Made by a program: the position numbers and the translations under genes
From: a virus
Reading direction: 5' to 3' (one strand)
IMG/VR virus record: IMGVR_UViG_3300034200_001185
Span: 32,001-96,000 of that record
DNA length: 64,000 nucleotides
The notes under the pieces: model-generated
The model's input: the letters and a program-made list of their open reading frames with translations, nothing else
The model's database searches: none
What the model was told of the DNA's origin: nothing
Shown: positions 56,068-64,000 of the stretch, one piece after another
Layout of the letters: every line of letters starts with the position of its first letter
Numbering within the stretch: position 1 is the stretch's first letter

Positions 56068-56709
56068 ATGGATTTACGTGTAGTAAAACTTACAGATCTA
56101 TTAACAGTGCACAAGTACGAATATACTGCACTAAGCACTCCGTCTATATCCGTAGTTGGACCAGATCTTTCGAAAGCAGATAAGGTAGTAATAAACGGAA
56201 TGGAATCACCATCATTCGTTGTTCTTACCAAGACAAAACTGATTGCGGAAATACCAGAGTCGGAAAGAACTAAGCAATTACAAGTAACCGTTTATTCTTA
56301 TGACGCAGGTACTACTCGTAGAAATGCGCAGATCTTTTTAGGACTTGATAAGAAGGTAGGTAAATCTACCGGACAATCATACGTTGTCCAAAAGTTTTTA
56401 AAGCTATTGCTTACAAAAGAAGGATCAAACGCTTTCAACGAAAACGAGGGTTGCGCATTTTATGAGTTAGAAGGATCTACGTCTCCAAAGGACGAGCTTA
56501 TTATTGCTGCTTTAGTAAACAACGCCGTAAGCTCTGTTGAAACGTTTATACTTGAAAATCAAGGTAGTATAAAGGATCCCGCGTCCAGACTATTATCGGC
56601 AACTGTTTCTAATGTACAATGGGTAAAAGACGCACAAACAATTAACGTATCAATTAATCTAGTCAACGAGGCTGGAGAATCGATAAACATAAATACCGGA
56701 GATAGATAA
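56068..56709 (+). CDS. baseplate wedge/sheath initiator gp25-like with N-terminal IPT-like domain
   Basis: VQKFLKLLLT.EGS.AF..G; directly before baseplate J-like gene. Confidence 0.7.
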   Translation: MDLRVVKLTDLLTVHKYEYTALSTPSISVVGPDLSKADKVVINGMESPSFVVLTKTKLIAEIPESERTKQLQVTVYSYDAGTTRRNAQIFLGLDKKVGKSTGQSYVVQKFLKLLLTKEGSNAFNENEGCAFYELEGSTSPKDELIIAALVNNAVSSVETFILENQGSIKDPASRLLSATVSNVQWVKDAQTINVSINLVNEAGESININTGDR

Positions 56710-59700
56710 TGGCAGACATTCAAGGAATACTACGCGCAAGATTTCAATCATACGATCCCGATCTTGATATAAGCCCCGGAGGATTAATCGATACAGTCAT
56801 TATTCAACCGGTTGTAAGAGCTTTATCGGTCGATCCATTACTTACAGACACCAAGCAATTCTTACTACAGAAATTTATCGAGGCCTTTCCAAATGATCCC
56901 GTATCAGAAGGCGATGCGCTAAACGATGTTTTAATAAATGCATTGTCGTTATTCTTAGACGCATACAGACTAGAATTAAATAGAATAAAAACCGCACAAA
57001 GCATTACTAACTACGATCAGATGTCAAATACCGAACTTGATCGCTTAGCTGCGAATTGGCTTGTTTACCGCAAACAAGGTAGCCGTAGTTTTGGTACTGT
57101 ACGAGTTATTGTAAATAGACTTGCTCCAATATCCGTTACACAATCGATTGTATTTACGGCAAAGAATGGAAAAACATTTACACCAACGATTAGCTACACG
57201 GTACCTACTAATCAGCTTATGACCAACTCGATTGGATCAAATCAATATTTCATAGACATAGAAGTACGTGCGCAAACAACAGGCATAAACGGTAATATCG
57301 ACGCATTACAAATTGATACGGCTTCAGGTATACCATCGGTTGTGTCTGTTTATAACCAAAGTCAGTTTACCGGCGGTGCAGATAGCGATTCGAATGAGAA
57401 TTTATCAAGTACGAGATTATTACAATCCGTAACAGAGCGTAGTTTAGTTACAGCACGTGGTATTATTGCTAAACTAGACTCGTTGCCATCGGTTAAAAGA
57501 TCACAAGTAGTAGGCTTTGGCGATTCGGAAATGAGACGAGATCAGGTATCTGTATCTGGGCTTGGGTCATTCATCGGAATGGGCGTAGCTTATTTCGAAG
57601 ATAATTTAATTCTAATAAACTTAGGCGTAAAGAATATATCGCTATCTATCGGAAATATCGTAGTAAATAATATCGGAGAACAATTTACAATCGATGAAAT
57701 ACTTGGTAGCGATAATAACGGAATGTTCTTAAACGGTGGATCTACATTCGTAGTACGTATACTAGATAAGATCACAAACGCATACTGCTCAGATATATCC
57801 GTCTTTACAAAGGCGTCAGTAGATTTAAACGGAGAAAGATTTTATGGAAACACAAGTATAGGCGGTAGATCGGACGTGTATATTGATACATCGGATGATC
57901 AAGTATATACAACAAGTGTTCCATTAAATATATCTCACTCAGATATTAGCGGAGTAGGCGTAGAGATAAACGATACTTACGTAGACGTAACAAACTCGCT
58001 AAGTATTAAAGCGAAAGATCTAAGAAATAAGTACTTGATCATATCTGGCCCTAACTTAACATTCTCGGCTAAGATCTACGCATTTAAAATACATGATACA
58101 TTCATTCGTATTTATTTAGACTTTGTAACAAATCAGACGTTATCTGTGTCTAGCGCTGTGTGGTCAATTTGCGAAACAATATCAATACCGCTTACAGAAT
58201 CATTTACAACCGTATACCCACTCGTAGAATCAGACGATGATTTATTTGTTTACTTTAATCTAGGTGAAAGTAAGATTCGTACTACCGTTGACCTAAGACT
58301 TACTACGATTAAGGTAGGCGATTTTATTCATATAGAAGAAGCTGATTTTTATGGCGATTATCAAATCACATCCATACAACAAAACGTGCTTACAATATCA
58401 ATAAGCGTACCTGCTACATCGGGTAGACTTGCTGCTACAATTCGAAGATCTGTATCTAGCTTACCAATTCCAACTTCTTATGTAGAATCCGTTAAACAAA
58501 ATAACGCATCGATTCCATATAACAAGCTACTCGGATTGCATACTGAATCAATTGGCGGAAGTAAAGTAAATGAGAGCGGAACAGGTTTCGTATCTGGCAG
58601 TTTATTCTACGCACTAAAAGAAGTATTAACAGGACTTACAGACATTCGTACATCTTTAAAAGTAATGTCACCTTCGATTATATCCGAGTTTATACAAGAA
58701 CAAATACCGCATGATATTACGATTGACGATAGCGTAAGTATATTGTCGTTCGGATCTGCAAAGAGTTTATACGCAGACGTAGTTCTTCCAAACGACATGC
58801 TCTTACCAAATACCAATAATATATTCATCGCACTTGGAGACGTTACATCAAGTAATCTAAACGATGATTATCCTGTAATAGCAAATGACGGAGATATACT
58901 TACTATATTAAACGGAGAGAACGCTGGTAAGTATGTGATTAATCAAGTATTTCAGGTAAAGATTCCGATTCTATCTAACAACATTACGAAAGAAGGTAAC
59001 TTAGTTACAATCAAGCGTAGTAGAACACAAAGTTCCAGCGATAATAGAGCGTCTTGGAGACTTGTGTCGATTGTAAGAATTTATGGCACGTTTAAATCTA
59101 ATATATTCTCGTCATTCGAAGAATCATTTAGGCTTACAGAACAGTCGTCTACCGAAGTATCTGGATATATATGGAAGCGTTATGTAATCCAAAATCTATC
59201 GCATATACTAACCGACCAAACAGGACTTATTCAATACCCTTCGATTAGCCAACGTATTACGTCTAAGTTACAAGATTATCAAACAAGTATTGGACTAAAT
59301 GTAAACAGCGATACCGTATCGCCTGTGGATACATCTATACTTGTAAGCTCTCTTCGTAATTACGCAAACGTTAACTATGAAGTAGGATCCGCATCGGTTG
59401 GTAAGGCAAGTATTATTATGCAAGACGATGTAGCGGTAGAACTTGACGCTCCTACTTACACACCATATACAATGAATAACTTAGTAAGCGCTCTTGAAGG
59501 TAATGACTTTCAGCCGGATAACGATTTACCGATATTCACAGCGTCATTAAAAGATTCGGATCTATGTTTAAAACCAAACGTATTTACAAGCGTTCAGATT
59601 GACGTACCTGACGCAGATCCGTATGACACATCTACTTGGGGATTCGGATTAGTAGGTACTCAAGTAGGCGTAACAGTAGATAAGAGCCAAACTATCATCA

Positions 59701-61763
59701 ATCGGTTTGCAGAATCTAACGATGATCTTATTTTAGATTCGATTAGTATGTCTAAAGGCGTTGCAAATCCGTTTATGAATGATCGCCTGTGGGTATTACC
59801 AGAAGTGCATAAAGTAAATAAGTCGCAACCAATTCTTACAAAGTCATTCGCAAAGTATGTACCTTGTGCGAAAGTTAGTGGAAATACGCCCGAAGGTTAT
59901 GTAAGTTTAGCTGTCGTGCTATCTAACATAGCAAATAACTCGTATAAAAATTTTAAGGGAAAAACACAACGAGAGTTTTATGAATCGTTTAGCCAATCAA
60001 ATATTACCTACGTGTTTTATGAAATTAGCGAAGGTCAATATGAATCTGTAGATTACGTATCAATCGCTAAGGGGAATAACGCAAACATAATCGCATATGC
60101 TTATGACGCTTATTTCTATAAGGTAGATTTCGAAACATCTGTTGGCGGACTTGGTATTGCGTCTTGTATATCTGGTAATAACGCATTAACTTACGAAAAC
60201 CAATTCGATAGCATACAAGATGGAACATCGCTCTCTGGAATAGTTGGAAAGGTATTAAGAGTATCAAACGGATTAAATTCTGGATCTTACATTATTAACT
60301 CCGTTGATACTGAAACTCGTACCATGTTTTTAGACCGTTCGCTTGATTTCTCAAGTATGCCGATTAGCAATAAAGGGTTGTGCGTGTACTCTAGCGAAAG
60401 CCAAGCAGAGCTTAGAATATATGGATCGGCAGGAACAAATATCACAAACACATCAGAAATATCCTATACAGGTAATTCGGATTTAGTAAGCGGTGTTGAA
60501 TACGGAATTACTACTCGCTATATGCAGCAAGCAGACGTTGGCAGATATATTACTTTGTATAACCACGTATTGGATACAGTTTCTGGAATTATTCGAGAGA
60601 ATATAGGCTCTTATGCAATCGAAAGCATCGAAAACGTATATAGAAATAGCCCATACACCGGAAATCAAACAATCGCTTATCAAAAGATAACCGTAAATGT
60701 ACCAAGTATAAACGTAATGTTTGGATCAAACGTGCCTGAGGTAATATCCTTACCGTTTATTCTTACCGATCAGCCTGCGGTAAATACAATTTCACAAGAG
60801 GACGGAAGCACAAGCATTTCGCCGATTGTGGCATTTCAAATATTCGAGCCAAATAAGCGAGAGTATAGAATTGTAGGCGCGTCTGTTAGCGGATCTACAA
60901 TGTATGTTAGTCAAAGTACATCCCCTCACGCTCCGTCTGAATCCACAGACTCGCTCTTTATTAAGCGAGAAGGTAGCAACATTAACTTTACGCTTGATAG
61001 AAACAATCCATTAATCAGCGTAAGGCCCGGAAAGATGATACTTAAAAACCATTCGCAAGACAGCTCTCTTTATACAAATTCGATTGATGTTCAAACGATT
61101 GGGAGTGGTATACTTTATAACTCTCTAAGCGACAAGGTACTTACTTGCCATAATGAACGCATGCAAGGTCACTCATTTCGCGTGAATGATTCTGCAAAGT
61201 CATTTAGTACATACGAAGTTGCATACTTAGAATGTACGCCGATTGTAAATGACGTGTCTGTACTAAATAGCACCGCTGAAATTACATCCTTCTCGTCTAA
61301 AACTATTACCACATCTCAAGGCATATTTAGTAACTCACTTGATCGCGTAGTATGTTCGGACACAATTGCTAAGAGAATGCTTCCATGCTTTATAGGCGTA
61401 AATATTGAATATGTCGGCGGGCCTTCGGAAGATATTGTAGGTGAAAGACTCGTTAGAATTATAAACAATTGGTCAGAGTCGTCGATTTCTACATCCGCTC
61501 TAATTCGAGAAATACATAAATTAGGCGCAACTCGTGTTATTCTACCGATACATGTTTATTATGTGGTAGAAGATTTAGATCGCAAGAGACATTACCGAGT
61601 TATTAAGGACGTTCTTAGACTAGACGATAACTTGGAAATAAACGGAACACCTAGAATAGTATCTCGTAGCGTAGCAGCATACGGATCTACTAAACTTGGT
61701 GCTAGCGTAAAGGTAACTCGCGTATCACCTTACTCAACACTCGGACAAGGAGGATCGATATGA
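56709..61763 (+). CDS. large baseplate wedge protein (baseplate J/gp6-like N-terminus)
   Basis: LDRLAANWLVYRKQG..GTVRV..EVRAQTTGINGNI..FTGGADSDS..VVGFGD.EM.RD. Confidence 0.8.
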   Translation: MADIQGILRARFQSYDPDLDISPGGLIDTVIIQPVVRALSVDPLLTDTKQFLLQKFIEAFPNDPVSEGDALNDVLINALSLFLDAYRLELNRIKTAQSITNYDQMSNTELDRLAANWLVYRKQGSRSFGTVRVIVNRLAPISVTQSIVFTAKNGKTFTPTISYTVPTNQLMTNSIGSNQYFIDIEVRAQTTGINGNIDALQIDTASGIPSVVSVYNQSQFTGGADSDSNENLSSTRLLQSVTERSLVTARGIIAKLDSLPSVKRSQVVGFGDSEMRRDQVSVSGLGSFIGMGVAYFEDNLILINLGVKNISLSIGNIVVNNIGEQFTIDEILGSDNNGMFLNGGSTFVVRILDKITNAYCSDISVFTKASVDLNGERFYGNTSIGGRSDVYIDTSDDQVYTTSVPLNISHSDISGVGVEINDTYVDVTNSLSIKAKDLRNKYLIISGPNLTFSAKIYAFKIHDTFIRIYLDFVTNQTLSVSSAVWSICETISIPLTESFTTVYPLVESDDDLFVYFNLGESKIRTTVDLRLTTIKVGDFIHIEEADFYGDYQITSIQQNVLTISISVPATSGRLAATIRRSVSSLPIPTSYVESVKQNNASIPYNKLLGLHTESIGGSKVNESGTGFVSGSLFYALKEVLTGLTDIRTSLKVMSPSIISEFIQEQIPHDITIDDSVSILSFGSAKSLYADVVLPNDMLLPNTNNIFIALGDVTSSNLNDDYPVIANDGDILTILNGENAGKYVINQVFQVKIPILSNNITKEGNLVTIKRSRTQSSSDNRASWRLVSIVRIYGTFKSNIFSSFEESFRLTEQSSTEVSGYIWKRYVIQNLSHILTDQTGLIQYPSISQRITSKLQDYQTSIGLNVNSDTVSPVDTSILVSSLRNYANVNYEVGSASVGKASIIMQDDVAVELDAPTYTPYTMNNLVSALEGNDFQPDNDLPIFTASLKDSDLCLKPNVFTSVQIDVPDADPYDTSTWGFGLVGTQVGVTVDKSQTIINRFAESNDDLILDSISMSKGVANPFMNDRLWVLPEVHKVNKSQPILTKSFAKYVPCAKVSGNTPEGYVSLAVVLSNIANNSYKNFKGKTQREFYESFSQSNITYVFYEISEGQYESVDYVSIAKGNNANIIAYAYDAYFYKVDFETSVGGLGIASCISGNNALTYENQFDSIQDGTSLSGIVGKVLRVSNGLNSGSYIINSVDTETRTMFLDRSLDFSSMPISNKGLCVYSSESQAELRIYGSAGTNITNTSEISYTGNSDLVSGVEYGITTRYMQQADVGRYITLYNHVLDTVSGIIRENIGSYAIESIENVYRNSPYTGNQTIAYQKITVNVPSINVMFGSNVPEVISLPFILTDQPAVNTISQEDGSTSISPIVAFQIFEPNKREYRIVGASVSGSTMYVSQSTSPHAPSESTDSLFIKREGSNINFTLDRNNPLISVRPGKMILKNHSQDSSLYTNSIDVQTIGSGILYNSLSDKVLTCHNERMQGHSFRVNDSAKSFSTYEVAYLECTPIVNDVSVLNSTAEITSFSSKTITTSQGIFSNSLDRVVCSDTIAKRMLPCFIGVNIEYVGGPSEDIVGERLVRIINNWSESSISTSALIREIHKLGATRVILPIHVYYVVEDLDRKRHYRVIKDVLRLDDNLEINGTPRIVSRSVAAYGSTKLGASVKVTRVSPYSTLGQGGSI

Positions 61764-62713
61764 GAAATCATAGCGGTGGATTTATTAACGAAGAGCATAT
61801 ATGGGATATCGGATCTCCTACTCGTGGTAGGGACGGAGACAATGCAAGGGACGCAGCAAAGAAATATAATGACCATCGTCATAGCGCTATTCTATTTACG
61901 GATGCGGTAGATTTTGCTTATTGGATAAGCGAGTCACAACAACCTGTACTCGTTGGGCCAGATGGAACAGTAGAAGGCGGTATTATTACAAACAACCCAA
62001 ACGCTGTAATTCGTAAGCACGGCGATTTAGCCTACTTTCAAGGCATACTTTGGATGTATGACGGTCAAGGCGTAGTCCCTGTTGGACGTGGCGGTGTATC
62101 ATTCGATACAGAAACACTCGAAGTGGTTTATTCTAGAAGTAGCGTAGAGTTTGCGTTTAATTCTTATAAAGTTTTATCGATGGGTGAATCTGTAGAAAAC
62201 GCATCATCACAAAAGTTAGTAGGCACAGTAGTGATCGATTATTCGGACTTTTCAGACGTAGGGTTAGGCGAGTATGCAGTAACTTTAGATATAGTAGGAT
62301 CTATCGATCCATCGCAGTTATATGCGTCTACCTTGTACTCTGATATACAAAATGTATTCGATGAACAAGGCGATCTTCCGTTGTATGTAAAATTCATAAC
62401 AACATTGCACACCATGAACGAAAATGGTAGATTTGTTGGTAGAGATGCACCGCTACAAGCAGACGCAATTCTAAACGCTTACTCTGATATTGGCGATGAG
62501 TCGATCGTTAAAATGCTAGACTTTATTCCAAATACGAAAGCTAAATACTCCTTGTACATCGAAAGACCAAGTACAGATGAGTTTTTAGCACGTTTTCCTC
62601 AGCTTGAGTTAAGTGGCGAGCAGATAATCGAGCTAGAACAAATCATTAGCACTAGCGAAGTACAGCTTTCAAAGGCTGCTATTCGAGTAACAACGATATT
62701 TACCGGAGCTTGA
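61760..62713 (+). CDS. putative tail/baseplate protein
   Basis: Operonic after baseplate gene. Confidence 0.65.
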   Translation: MRNHSGGFINEEHIWDIGSPTRGRDGDNARDAAKKYNDHRHSAILFTDAVDFAYWISESQQPVLVGPDGTVEGGIITNNPNAVIRKHGDLAYFQGILWMYDGQGVVPVGRGGVSFDTETLEVVYSRSSVEFAFNSYKVLSMGESVENASSQKLVGTVVIDYSDFSDVGLGEYAVTLDIVGSIDPSQLYASTLYSDIQNVFDEQGDLPLYVKFITTLHTMNENGRFVGRDAPLQADAILNAYSDIGDESIVKMLDFIPNTKAKYSLYIERPSTDEFLARFPQLELSGEQIIELEQIISTSEVQLSKAAIRVTTIFTGA

Positions 62714-62714
62714 T

Positions 62715-63311
62715 ATGCCTTTTTTAGTTCGTGATTACTCTGCGTCTGCTACAAAGTGGGTGTATTGGAAAGTAAGCGCAATACCAACTGCTTACCAAGA
62801 GTACCCAAGCGCATCTAATGTACCCGTTCAATCACTTAGCGGTAAGTTAGACGTTATACAAGAGATTGTAGCTACAAGTGCGTCTGCGTCCTTGCCAGAG
62901 TCATCCGTATGGACAGTCGATGGATTGGACTTGTATCCAAGTTATGTAGTAGACGGTCATACAGGCGTATGGGCTGTCGAGATACGTAAACAAGAAATTA
63001 AGAATTATATCGGTGTCTTAGATGACGGATTAGATACCGAGGTTGCGTATAATTCCTTGTTGTCTTATAAATTAGATGAAAACGGAAATATATCTAGCGA
63101 AACAACTTTTGACGGCCAAGTACAAGGTTTCTTAGACGACGAAGGTAATGTAGTATTTAAGAAACCAAGCGAGTATGATATACAAGAGGTAATAACATTA
63201 TTACCATCCGATGCAGCCTTACCAAACACCTTCGTGGATATTCTACCTTCATCCGTGAATATGCCGGACTTATGTTGGCAAAAAACATCGGTAGACATTA
63301 TTCTAAAGTAG
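62715..63311 (+). CDS. putative tail protein
   Basis: Operonic ORF. Confidence 0.65.
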   Translation: MPFLVRDYSASATKWVYWKVSAIPTAYQEYPSASNVPVQSLSGKLDVIQEIVATSASASLPESSVWTVDGLDLYPSYVVDGHTGVWAVEIRKQEIKNYIGVLDDGLDTEVAYNSLLSYKLDENGNISSETTFDGQVQGFLDDEGNVVFKKPSEYDIQEVITLLPSDAALPNTFVDILPSSVNMPDLCWQKTSVDIILK

Positions 63312-63320
63312 GAGCAGTAA

Positions 63321-63842
63321 ATGGCGAATATCATACCCGCACTATCAAATGATACGCTAGGCATTGGATCAGCCCCATGGAAAAGCGTTATCGCAAAACA
63401 AGTAAAGCTTACAAACGAAACATCAACACCATCTATTACAGAAAACGCATTGTACGTTATAAATAACGTACTTTATTTTAATGGATCTGTTGTAGGATCA
63501 AGCGTGTCATCAGCGTCTTGGAAAGCATACGAACTAGCAGTAGAGTTTGAAACCGAAAGTATGTACGAAGTTTGGGTTTCAGGTGCGAGCATAGTTGCGC
63601 CTGCAAACGAAAACTATCCAGTACAAGCAAGAGTATTGTATAACGGCGTAGAAATTCTTCCTAGCAACCTTACATTCGAAGTTGGTACATACGGCGATTT
63701 GTTTAACATCGAGCCTGGTAGTATAACTGAAATCGACCCATCCGAGCAAGGTACGAAGATAACAATTAACATCCCAGAAGAGGACGGACAAGCGTTTATA
63801 TTTGAAGTAGGCGCATCTATCCTTGTATGGAACAACGAATAG
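63321..63842 (+). CDS. putative tail fibre-associated protein
   Basis: IIPALSNDTLGIGSAPWKSV resembles fibre repeat motifs; SD AGGAG. Confidence 0.6.
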   Translation: MANIIPALSNDTLGIGSAPWKSVIAKQVKLTNETSTPSITENALYVINNVLYFNGSVVGSSVSSASWKAYELAVEFETESMYEVWVSGASIVAPANENYPVQARVLYNGVEILPSNLTFEVGTYGDLFNIEPGSITEIDPSEQGTKITINIPEEDGQAFIFEVGASILVWNNE

Positions 63843-63851
63843 GAGTTAGCT

Positions 63852-64000
63852 ATGCTAATATCAGGTAAACAACTAAAGAACAGTTCGATCGGTCTCGATA
63901 AAATCGTTAATCTCGACGAAGGTAAGATTATTATCGGTCAAGGTGGAGCAGCCGCATCCGCACAAGCTATCAGTGGCGATATTACACTTGCCGCGAATGG
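63852..64000 (+). CDS. 3'-truncated putative tail fibre protein
   Basis: SD AGGAG; MLISGKQLKNSSIGLDKI..AISGDITLAANG runs off the window. Confidence 0.6.
   Translation, partial: MLISGKQLKNSSIGLDKIVNLDEGKIIIGQGGAAASAQAISGDITLAAN

Noticed and set aside
1-64000. Stop-codon reassignment (seen in some large phages)
   Set aside because: Code 11 gives dense coding with ORFs up to 1684 aa; TAG and TGA end genes followed by SD and coupled starts
1-64000. Eukaryotic giant virus or cellular origin
   Set aside because: SD sites, sigma factor, peptidoglycan hydrolases and contractile-tail genes indicate a bacteriophage; no rRNA, integrase or transposase seen

Overview
A 64-kb segment of a large tailed dsDNA bacteriophage with a contractile (myovirus-type) tail, read in standard genetic code 11. 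Three kinds of sequence are interleaved. (1) About 21 mostly basic, low-complexity proteins share a Lys-x-Ala/Ser tag (extended form [AS]F-x-DE[LF]EK-x-A) near the N-terminus or between domains. Many also end in a Gly-rich hydrophobic helix with Y-L-Y and a basic tail. Some carry enzyme domains (VOC, GNAT, Nudix, HExxH zincin, HNH, sigma factor). (2) Small early/accessory genes, mostly on the minus strand, are bounded by repeated terminator plus GTGATAA-promoter cassettes and carry recurring RNA hairpins and leaders. (3) Core modules: DenV-like glycosylase, beta-clamp-like protein, tRNA-Ile2(CAU) and tRNA-Ser(CGA), class II ribonucleotide reductase, a lysis cluster (M15 peptidase, holin-like proteins, SLT, Dps-like), and a tail module (chaperone with a T-TTT-TTA -1 frameshift, GroES-like, tape measure, hub, gp25-like, baseplate J-like). 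Best candidates for new biology: the K-x-A tagged protein/polyprotein system, a ~650-bp non-coding region with long-range helices, and two recurring RNA motifs. All protein assignments come from motif recognition by eye; no database search was run.
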